In this document: positions 25,368 to 36,489 of the stretch, one piece after another
How the letters are laid out: each line of letters begins with the position of its first letter
Position numbering within the stretch: position 1 is the first letter of the stretch
Notes under the pieces: generated by a model
Told to the model about the DNA's origin: nothing
Database searches by the model: none
The model's input: the letters and a program-made list of their open reading frames with translations, nothing else
Made by a program: the position numbers and the translations under genes
DNA from: Eledone cirrhosa
Lineage: Eukaryota
NCBI GenBank assembly: GCA_964016885.1
Contig: OZ024742.1
Span: forward strand, 269,390,001-269,454,000
Length of the DNA: 64,000 nucleotides
Reading direction: 5' to 3'

Positions 25368-25599
25368 TTTCTTTATTAACCACAAGGGTTTACATAAAGT
25401 AGACATTAAGGACAGTGCAGGACAATACAGTACGGTACAAATGGGCATTTCTGCGTGTAAAAAACAAAAACAGAGGATGTAACAAAAAATAACAATGAAA
25501 AATTCCCCAATAGGGGCATTTGTGGAGAAAGCCCAGTAAAAGGCCACAATGACCCTCACCACCAAGGCAAGTGCCCTCTACCAGTTTTCCACCTTTAAT

Positions 25600-28594
25600 T
25601 TACAGATATATACACAGAGTAGGCCCATTCACTCGGGCCATTCTTGCTTCTCTCACCCATCTTTCAACAAAATGCTGGGAAGAGAGCACTTCCCTCTCTA
25701 CTCTGATTTTCCTTTTCAAATGAAATTTGAAAAAGTCAATCAGAGCATCACCGAAGAGGTAAGTGCTCGTCTTCAGCCCTTTCAAACGTGTCCACCATAC
25801 TATCTCTTTTGACATGGCCACCAGACAGATAAAAACTGCCTGCCCTTCCCGGCTAAAGGAGGAGGGCGGGGCAATCCTCACGATGGACTCAGATGATAGC
25901 CGGATCCGTCCTAAACGCGACAGCAGGTGTTCGACATAAACCCACAAGTCAGCAATTTTCGGACACTGGACGAGTGCGTGCAGGACGGTTTCGTCGCCCT
26001 GCGCGCATCTCGGACATGCCCGGCAGACGGCTCCTCCATGCCTGTAGAGATTATCCCGAACTGGCAAGGCTCCTCGGTAGCACTGCCAGGCCAGAGATTT
26101 CTGGAAGTTGTCCATAGGCCCTGGCCCGAAAGTTCTTCCGGAGAGATTGGCTAGTTGATTTTCGTCAACGCCTAGAGTTTCCCCAAGTACGTCGTCACTC
26201 TTCCCCTCCACTAATCCTCAATAGAACGCTGAGGTGGAGTTTCCACCGATCACATTGCCCGATTGGTCGAGGGCTGTGAGCGGCTGAAGACATTCCAGTC
26301 TCCAGGCATTCCCTCTCGGTCTTCGCTTGACCCAGGACTGCAGCTCCGTCAAGGAAACGAGCTGGGGAAATACGTGTCTAGCAAACGGCGACCACATCTG
26401 ATCACCGTCGAGGAAGAGGTGGAGATGTCGTAGCCTGAGCGCGTGCCTGCGCATCATCAGCCACGGCATGCCCAGCCCTTCACGTAGCGGGTGTTGACAA
26501 CATATAGACCGCCTGACCATCGGAGCGCGTCCCTTCCACAAAAAGCGAAAGAGCAAACGCTCAAGCGCAGTCAGGCGAGGCTTAGGACAAGGTACGACGG
26601 TCAGGCGGTAGCAGATGACAGACGCGATGTACGCGTTAGCCACCTCCGCTCAACCTTTCAGGGATAGCTTCCTCTCCGCCTATTTCTGGGTGAGAGAAGC
26701 CACCCTGCTCGTCACTTCGTCCCAGTTTTTGTCCGTCTGGAGGTCCGGACCGAACCAGACACCTAGCAATTTAACCGGTCCGTCCGTCCAGCGTCCGACG
26801 ACGCTGTTGGACGGCATGGACCTGCCTCACCACAGAGCAGATGTCGCTGTGCATGGCAGCGATCCAGCCTCTGAAGACGGGCCAAAAGCCAGCCGCCCTC
26901 AGGACTGCCGCTAGGACTGATCTAAATTGATCAAGGACCCACCCGTGCCAGGTTCCCTAGCTACCCTCTCTACGGTGTTTCGCATGAGGTGGAGGTTGTC
27001 GTGGATGGATCTGTCGGGATTGGCCCATGTCTGAGCCTCTCCCACCAGACCACCAACGACAAGCGCCAAACTCCTTGCTAGCACCTTGGCCAAAATCTTG
27101 AACTCTGTGTTTAGCAGAGTTATGGGCCGGAAATTATCTATGTTGCAGTAGACGTCCGCCAAGAGGCCTCCGAACAAGTCTGGCATCTGTACGTAAAGTT
27201 CATAGTGCAGACCATCCAAACCAGGCGATTTATCCCTTGTGCAGCCAGTCATTGCCTCCCTTACTTCAGCGGCTGTTATCGGCTTTTCGCAACACTTCGC
27301 CTCAGTGGCCGAGAGCCGCGGCAGTCCGTCGAGGTAGACACTAAAGTCCATCCCTCGACCCGGCCCACCGCTGCCCCCGAACAGCTGAGCGAAGTGTCGC
27401 TGAAAAGCTTCACACATTTGCCCGGGATCGAGTAGCATGCGCCCGTCGTGGTCCACCAAAGACCGGATCGTGGCTTTGTTGCCACGACGCGCCTCCGCCA
27501 CTCGGGCCCATTGAACGGCTTTCCTACCCTCGTGTCTGAGAGCACGCACCCTTGCTCTGACAACGCAGCCTTCGTGCTTTGCATTGAAGAATTGGTCAAG
27601 TGCCAATTTCGCCGCAAGCACGTCGTCGCACTGCCTTTGCTAAGCGCCTCGTCTAATTTTCTAACTAGTTCTCCCTCTGCTCTATTTTTCTCTATTGCTA
27701 AAGCCTTACTAAACCTAATCGATTCTATTCTAAGCGCTCTTTTCAGAGCAAACCACCACTTGTTGTTGCTGATGGCCCCCGTCAACGCCCGCTTAACTAG
27801 TTTGCTAATCCGGTCTCTGTAGGCCTTGCGCGCTGGTAAGGACGCGTTTAGCTTCCAGTAGCCGGGTCCTCGTCTATGAAGCCTATCTAAGTCAAGCACA
27901 CAGATCACGAATGTGTGGTCCGTGCAGCTGACTATCTTGAATTGTGGACAGCCTATGCTAGACCTATCTATTTCCCTACAAAATACTCTATCTAGATATT
28001 ATCTGGATGACCCTATGCGATTTGTCCAAGTCCACATTGGCACATTCGGGAAATCCAATCGGTACCTGTCAGACAGTTCAAAACGCCTGAGCAGGTTGGT
28101 GAGGCTCTTGCACCCACCACCCCTATCCGCTAATCCCACACAGTCGCAGCGTGCATCTAAGATCCCGTTCCAGTCGCCCACTAACACTAAAGAGCGGGAC
28201 GTTCCAAGAAATGTCTCCAGACGCCGGAAGAAATCAGGCCGCCCTGCTCCTGTCGGGGCATATACTGCCACTAGCCTGAAAGCTTGCCCGTCTCCGCTGG
28301 TCACGTCCAGCACCACCAGCTTACCCTCTGGGTCAAGGAAGATGGCCCGTATGGCGAGATCCAAACCTCTCCGAAAAAGCACAGCAACTATCCCCCCGAT
28401 CCAGGACGGCTGGGAGATGCATACACATCGTAGCCGCCGAAGATCGGTGCGAAGGCCCGTGCTTCGGAGATTCTGGTCTCGCTGATGGCCACTACATCTA
28501 TGTTTAGTGACCTGAGGTTGTTGAGCAAGTGACCCTGCTTCCATTCCGACCCCAAGCCCCGCGCATTTATGCTGCCTATTCTGAGTGAGATCAT
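25600..28594 (-). pseudogene. Tx1 ORF2 (APE endonuclease, RT, zinc-binding C-terminus), disrupted
   Basis: SINARGL, ISETR, VYAP, GDWN, YLDR, TDH; KSPGLDGL, RPITLLN; CPRC..ET..H. Confidence 0.9.
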
Positions 28595-28629
28595 GTTTAA
28601 AATAGTGTGGAAAAGATGGGAAAGACCAC

Positions 28630-30697
28630 TTACCGTACTTTTCGTAGAGGAGGCATGGTTTTTACATCCCTTTTCACTTGATCGTCTGGTGAATCGTCTG
28701 GTGAATCGTCCCTTCGGCTGGTCGTCGACTTTTCTATGATTATGTCCGAATATACTCTTCGATTGATAGTTCCTCCTAGGTCCCTGAAATCACCAACTGC
28801 GTTGGGGAATTTCGTTTTAATGTTTGTGTATTTTCTGTGCTATTTTTAGCAGTCTTATGTTAGTTGGCGTTTTGATTGGTGCTGGTATTATGTAGTCGTG
28901 TTGTGAAATGTCTGTGTGTTCAATTATGTAAGTCATTAGTTTCTTGTGTGTATTTATTGCCGTGCATTTGTTTTTCTGGGGGTGGGGTGTGGTTCTGCTA
29001 TTTTCTTGTCGTTGTTGCTGGGTGTGTGTGTTTTGTTGTTGTGTTTGCGATGTTGGTGCTTGTGGTGGTGGTGTTGAAGGTGTTGTTGGCGGTGGGGTTG
29101 TCGCCGGTGGTGATGGTGGTGCCAGTGTGGGTGGTGATGGTGTTGGTGTTGTTGCTGCTGTGAGTCTCTTTGCAGTAGACTTTACCCTTTTCTCATTACT
29201 TTCCTCCCTTTTCAAAGGCGACGATGCGCTGCTTCTGCGTTTGTGCCTTCTTACGACCTTTTGCCATCCCTCTCCCAACTCACACTCCATGTCTGATTCT
29301 GTGATCTCGGGGAGGGGTACCAGCTCCACTCTTTCACTTGTTGTTGTTGGTGATGTTTGCACTGGAGTCTCTGTTGCAGCTGCATTTGGTATTGCTGTTA
29401 ATATTTCCACTGCTGCTGCTGTTTTTGATTTCCGTGGCGTGGGCGTGGGTGTGGGTGCCACGGACCTATTGTTCCTGGTTACCGCTTGTCCTGTTGCTGG
29501 TAGCCGTGGAGCCGGTTTCGGAAGGATGGGGGTTTCTCCTTTCTCAGGGTCTTCTCGTTGCAGAAAGCCCTGAGGTGAGTCTTCGATCCACAGCGAAAGC
29601 ATTTCGGTCATTTGCCCTCAACACTTATGGGCAGTTGAGTGCCGTTATCGAAGTCTATGACATCCGGGATAGCTTCGATGCACTCCTGGTTGGTTTGGAT
29701 TAATATCTCAATGGAGGTGCCGACCCAATCATCTCTTACTTTTTTCTGTACTTGCAGATGAGGACAGACGCGGCCAGCCAAGAAGGTGCCATCCCGGGGG
29801 GGACGTGGGTCAGTTTGACCCTCACAATTTTTGCCCGCAGTAGGAGGGCACCAACACCATTTCCTCGCTCCTTATGGTCACTACGGATTGAGCCTTTGCC
29901 TCCAGGGGTGTGGCAAAAAGTACGTCTACGGTTGCATATTTTTTGCTTCGGGTGAATCGCGTTTTCCGCTGCCACACAGACCCCAAGGCTTTTTGTATTT
30001 GAGCCTCTGTGGCTCTTTCAACCCCACGGGATTTTGTACTTACTGTACGGTACGTGACCGTACAGTGCTGTTGGGTTTCGAAAAACGTTTCCGCTGCCTT
30101 GCAAATTGCTCGGTGTCTTGTTTTTGTCACCATCTTCTTCGCTTCCTCTAATTCCTCATTTGTTATGAGGATTGTTTCCAGGTTCTTCGCGATACCTGCA
30201 AACGAGATTGGTTTTTCTTTGCTGCTGTTGTTGTTGTTGTCGTCAGAGATGCTGTTAATTTTGTTGTTGCTGCAGGTACTACGACTACTGCCTCCGCCGC
30301 TGTTGCTGTGGTTGTTGTTGGTGTTGCTGCTGCTAATACTGTTGTTGTTTATTCTGCTGGTGATGCTGTTGCGGCTGCTACTGTTATTTTCATTGTCACT
30401 GTTGCTGTTGTTATTACGGCTGCTACTGCTATTATTCCTGACGTCAGACGAATGAAATGGGTTTTCGTATTTCCCGCACACCTGTTTCGTCGTTGTTGTC
30501 GTGGTCGTGGAGAAATCTTGCACCCTTTGCACGAGACTTTTCTTTTCTGTCGTCGCTTGCGAAAGAGAAGGGAGGGAGAGAGACACATTTAAATAAGGGA
30601 GGGGAAGAGACAATTTTCTCTCTGCTGTAGTGACGATTGGGGAAGAAGAAGACGGAATGAGTGGGAGTGACCTATGCAAATTCTTTTTAGTAGCCAT
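28630..30697 (-). pseudogene. Tx1 ORF1 (low-complexity N-terminus, CCHC knuckle, P/T-rich linker), frameshifted
   Basis: Built from ORF pieces 29822-30697, 29736-29975 and 28817-29611. The knuckle PKCFRCGSKTHLRAFC lies at ~29560-29610. Confidence 0.8.
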
Positions 30698-30937
30698 GTT
30701 GTTTTTTTTGTTTAAAATAAATATTGGGTAAAAAACCCCAATAAGCAGTTATTTAACCCCGAAGGGCCAAATAACGGGCAGAGAGACCCCTCTCACGAGG
30801 AGGATGTTGTTTTTGTCTACAAGTTGGTCTAAGTTTTAAACAATTTACGATTGTTATAGCGTTCAAAATTTACAATACCTTACAGAGCCGAGCCTCCGTC
30901 AACCATAGCATTCAATAATAATAATAATAATAATAAT

Positions 30938-32931
30938 AACTGTTGACGAGCATTGTGTCTGAGGAAATCTACCAACACCTCCACACAAACAACTTGTTAC
31001 CGGACAAACAGAAAGGATGCCGAAAGAAGTCCCGTGGTACAAAGGACCAGTTACTTATTGATAATATGGTAATGGGGAATTTCAGGAGGAGACACACTGA
31101 TCTTGCCATGGGATGGATAGACTACAGAAAGGCATTTGACATGGTGCCTAATTCTTGGATCACCAAAAGCCTGGAGATCTTCAAGGTGGCAGATAACATC
31201 AGACAGTTGTTGGGCAAAGTATGAGGTCCTTGGAAACAGAGTTGACATCAACTGGAGATTCCTTGGGAAGCGTGAAGATCAAGAGAGGTATCTTCCAGGG
31301 AGATAGCCTGTCCCCTCTGTTGTTTGTCCTTACCCTGATGCCCCTGACCAGTGTACTGCGAAATGTGAGAGCAGGATACAGGTTGGGAAAGGGAGGGCTT
31401 ACCATCAATAACCTCCTCTTCATGGACGATCTTAAGCTCTTCGGGAAGAGTGAGAAGGAGTTGGATGTGCTTGTTGACACTGTCCGTATTTTCAGCAGTG
31501 ATATATGTATGCAGTTTGGTATTAGTAAGTGTGGAGTCATTGTGATGAGGAGGGGTAGGTTGAGCAGAAGTAACGGAATCCAGATACCAACAGGTGAGAT
31601 GATAAAGGAAATTGACTCTGAGGAAGGATACAAGTATTTGGGCGTTCTGGAGGCTGATGGCATAAAGAACAAAAAAATGAAGGAATTGTTAAGAACTGAA
31701 TACATTCGGAGAGTAAGGAGCGTATTGAAGTCACATCTGAACGGCAGAAATGCCATACGCGCAGTAAATTCCCGAGCTGTGTCTATTATTAGATACAGTG
31801 CGGGAATTCTGAGATGGAATGTTGCTGAACAAAAAGAAATGGATAGGAAGACTAGGAAGCTATTGACTATCTACAACATGTTCCATAAGAGGAGTGATGT
31901 CGATAGACTCTACCTACGGAGGTCTGAGGGTGGAAGAGGTCTTATCAGCATAGAGGACTGTGTTCAGATGGAGAAAAACAACCTACACAAATACGTGACT
32001 GATAGTAAGGAGCCAATGTTCAGAACTGTACTGAAGGAGGGGACAATAGGCCAGGGGATGTCCAAGGAGGAAATAACATCAAGGAGGAAGAGCAGCCTTC
32101 AGGAAAAATCCCTTCATAGTACCTTCTTTGAGAAAACAGAATTTAGAGATCCACAGACATGGAACTGGTTGAGAAGAGGAGACCTTAAACAGGCTACAGA
32201 AGGAATGTTAATGGCTGCGCAGGAGCAGGCCCTCAAAACGAAGTGGTTGAAACACCATATTTACAAGGAGGAGGCTAGCCCACTGTGCAGGATCTGTGGA
32301 GAGAGAGAGGAGACTGTGGCTCACATTGTATCCGAGTTTAAACACCTAGCCCAGACCCACTATAAGGGCTGGAGACATGATGTGATGGGCAGGGTGATCC
32401 ACTGGCACCTGTGCAAAGTAAAAAATTTACCACATTCTGAGAAATGGTATGAGCATAAGCCAGAGGCGGTGATGGAGAACGATCAGGTGAAGGTGCTGTG
32501 GGATTTTAGGATACAGACGGACAAGAAACTGGAACACAATAGACCTGACCTGGTGGTTGTGGAGAAAGAAAAAAGATCGTGTCTGATTGTGGATGTGGCC
32601 TGCCGTTCGACACGAGTGTGCAAGAGAAGGAGAGGGAGAAAATTAACCGATACCAGGACTTAAAGTGGGAGGTAAAAAGGATTTGGAACTGCCATGTAGT
32701 CGAAGTGAGCCCGATTGTCATAGGCGCACTGGGGACTATCTCCAAAAGTTTCCAGGGATGGTTAAAGCAAATCGGCCTCTTCACGCTTTTTGGAACGCTT
32801 CAAAAGGCATGCTTGCCGGGAACAGCAAGAACCCTCCGATACGTCCTGAATATCTGAAGCTGCAGGTAGTGGCTTCATATTCAATCCAACGGACTTTCCA
32901 GTTAACTAACATGAATGACTGAGATTCAAGG
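30938..32931 (+). mobile_element. Dong family A, 5'-truncated
   Basis: 480-aa frame 31221-32663 has FMDDLKL, CRICGEREETVAHIVS, RHD and RPDLVV. (TAA)n on both sides. Confidence 0.93.
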
Positions 32932-32951
32932 AATAATAATAATACTAATAC

Positions 32952-32987
<36 letters not shown>

Positions 32988-32993
<6 letters not shown>

Positions 32994-35404
32994 TAATAGA
33001 AACTAAAAATAGACTGGAAATAAAGTACAAAACTAACAGGAAATAGCTAAATATTATCATAGAGGAACTGAAGCAACGCATTGTAGCAAAGAGTGCAAAA
33101 ATTAGGCGATACAAGAGCAGAGTCAGTCAGTATAGACAGAACCGCATGTTTGACAACAACCAGAAGATGCTGTTTGGACAGCTTGAAGGTAAAGAAAGAG
33201 GCAACGACTTGATCCCAGAGACGGAACAAACTAAGACATTCTGGAGAGGAATATGGGAGCAGGATGTTAAACATAATGACCAGGCAGTGTGCATTGAGAC
33301 AGTACAAAAGGAGATTAGTGAACAGGCACACTAACAAACTGATTTGAGTATCACAGTTGAAACTCTTAAGATGCATGACAAAAAAATAACCAACTGGAAA
33401 TCACCAGGCCCAGATGGTGTGCAGGGGTATTGGATTAAAAATATAACATCCCTCCACCCAAAACTGACAACCATGTTCAATGACTGCTTGATGTCAGGTG
33501 AGGTACCTGAGTGGTTGACAAAAGGTACCACAATTCTGATAATGAAAGACCGAATCAAGGGTAATGATGTTCCCAACTATAGACCTATCACATGTCTGTC
33601 CGTAATGTGGAAACTGTTGACAAGCATTATATCTGAGGAAATCTACCATCACCTCCACACGAACAACTTGTTACCGGACGAACAGAAAGGATGCCGAAAG
33701 AAGTCCCGTGGTACAAAGGACCAGTTACTTATTGATAATATGGTAATGAGGAATTGCAAGAGGAGACACACTGGTCTTGCCATGGGATGGATAGACTAGA
33801 AAAAGGCATTTGACATAATGCCTCATTCTTGGGTCACCAAAAGCCTGGAGATCTTCAGGTTGCCAGAAAACATCAGACAGTTGTTGGGCAAAAGTATGAA
33901 GTCCTGGAAAACAGAGTTAACATCAGCTGGAGAATCCTTGGGAGTCGTGAAGATCAAGAGAGTATCTCCCAGGGAGATAGTCTGTCCCCTCTGTTGTTTG
34001 TCCTTGCCCTGATGCTCCTAACCATTATACTGCGAAAAGTAAGAGCAGGATACAAGTTGGGAAAGGGAGAGCTTACCATCAATCACCTCCTCTTCATGGA
34101 CGATCTTAAGCTCTTCGGGAAGAGTGAGAAGGAGTTGGATGTGCTTGTTGACACTGTCCGTATTTTCATCAATGATATATGTATGCAATTTGGTATTAGT
34201 AAGTGTGGAGTCCTTGTGATGAAGTGGGGGTAAATTGAGCAGAAGTAACGGAATCCAGGTACCAACAGGTGAGATGATAAAGGAATTCTGAGATGGAATG
34301 TTGCTGAACAAAAAGAAATGGATAGGAAAACTAGGATGCTATTTTAATATCTACAACATGTTCCACAAGAGGAGTGATGTCGATAGTCTCTACTTAAGGG
34401 GATCTGAAGGTGGAATAGGTCTTATCAGCATAGAGGGCTGTGTTCAGATGGAGAAAAACAACCTACACAAATACGTGACTGATAGTAAGGAGCCAATGCT
34501 CAGAACTGTACTGAAGGAGAGGACAATAGACCAGCGATGTCCAAGGAGGAAATAACAACAAGGAGAACGAGCAGCCTTCATGAAAAATCCCTTCATTCTT
34601 TGAGAAAACTGAATTCAGAGATCCACAGATGTGGAACTGGTTGAAAAGAGGAGACCTTAAAAGGGCTACAGAAGGAATGTTAATGGCTGCGCAAGAGCAG
34701 GCCCTCAAAACGAAGTGGTTGAAACAACATATTTACAAGGAGGAGGCTAGCCCACTCTGCACGATCTGTGGAGAGAGTGAGGAGACTGTGGCTCACATTG
34801 TATCCGAGTATAAACACCTAGCCCAGACTCACTATAAGGGCTGGAGACATGATACGATAGGCAGGGTGATCCACTGGCACCTATGCAAAGTAAACAATTT
34901 ACCACATTCTGAGAAGTGGTATGAGCATAAGCCAGAGTCGGTGATAGAAAACGATCAGGTGAAGGTGCTGTGGGATTTTAGGATACAGACGAATAAGAAA
35001 CTGGAACACAATAGACCTGACCTGGTGGTTTAGGACAAAGAAAAAATATCGTGTCTGATTGTGGATGTGGCCTACCCATTCGACACGAGAGTGCAAGAGA
35101 TGGAGAGGGAGAAAATTAACCAATAACAGGACTTAAAGTGGGAGGTAAAAAGGACTTGGAACTGCCATGAAGTCAAAGTGGTCCCGATTGTCATAGGCGC
35201 ACTAGGTACTATCTCAAAAAGTTTCCAGGGATGGTTAAAGCAAATTGGCCCCGTCACGCTTTTTGGAACGCTTCAAAAGGCATGCTTGCTGGGAACAGCA
35301 AGAACCCTCCGATACGTCCTGAATATCTGAGGCTGCAGGTAGTGGCTTGATATTCATTTCAACAAACTTTCCAGTTAACTAACATCAATGACTGAGACTC
35401 AAAG
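32988..35404 (+). mobile_element. Dong family A, 5'-truncated, internal deletion at ~34285
   Basis: Same motifs as the other family A copies. The deletion joins two GGAATT sites. (TAA)n on both sides. Confidence 0.92.
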
Positions 35405-36489
35405 AACAATAATAATAATAATAATAATAATAATAATTATAATAATAAAAATAATCATATTAATAATAATAATCCCTATTATAATAGGGAAGGTACGTAC
35501 ATGGTGGATAGCGTGTTATGGAATCGCTCCCGTAAGTTTTTGATTTTTTACATATTTAAAACAATTGTGATAGAATAGTTCTTATTAAAAATGGAACATA
35601 AGATATCAGTCCCCACTCTCAGGAAGTGGCAACGCATCGCATTATGGCATAGGGCTCCAATATTCAATATTTAATTTTGTACCAGAAATGTTATAGTCGG
35701 AAAAGAAAATGGTTAGAAAACAACAGCCAAATAACTTCACCACCAACACCACCACCGCCGCCGCCACCATCACCATCACCACTACCAAAACAAATCTTGC
35801 CAAATACAAACCAGCACCATCCCTATAGTACTGCTGTCCCATCACCACCGCCACCACTGCATCATCGCTACCACCACTACTTAAGTGAGGGATGGTGGCA
35901 GTGCCGATACACATGAAAAGAAACGAGGGAGGTATCAAAAGATATAAATAAACTGGATTAGTGACTCGGTCAAACAGCTAATAACAACATCAACAACACC
36001 AAACTAATTATGTTGTTCTATCTCTAAACTCTCTCAAAATGTTTAGTTTAAACGATGTCAAATCAAAAGTATAATATAATAATAATAATTGTTTCTACTT
36101 TTGGCACGGGGCCAGCAATTGTTGCTGATGCTTTGCTGGTGTGTTGCTGGTGCTTTGTTTTGTCGGCCCCGTAAGGATGAAAGGGAAAAAAAATAATAAT
36201 AATAAGCAACAAGTCGAAAAATTATAGAAGAAAACACAGACAGAAGCAAACGAAACAACAAACACAAATATCAAAAGTTTGAACACAACAACCCCTACTT
36301 CCCTTAGCAGCAGCAGCAACAACAACACTAGTAACCGATGTTACTGGCTTTGTAAAACGAAAAACGCAAAGGAAAAAAACAAACAAACAAAATAAACTAA
36401 GTCAGACATTCAAACATTAAAATGAAACTTATGTTTATTTTTTTAAGTTTTTACCTAATTATTTGTTTACTTATTTATGTTCGTCTACG

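Larger units (their letters stand above)
25366..30913 (-). mobile_element. Tx1-type element with both ends, inserted in (TAA)n; internal RT deletions
   Basis: (TAA)n on both flanks. 5' UTR, ORF1, ORF2 and 3' UTR are present. Deletions near 26829 and 27142 relative to the 59-64k copy. Confidence 0.92.

Noticed and set aside
30776-30835. TCCTCG motif in the Tx1 5' UTR resembling an HDV ribozyme L3
   Set aside because: P3 and P1 pair poorly, there is no GG for P1.1, and there is no C-(U/G)-A-A J4/2 strand.
31221-32663. Intact active RT-RLE gene
   Set aside because: The copy is 5'-truncated, frameshifted at both ends of this frame, and has a Cys-to-Phe change in the CCHC motif.
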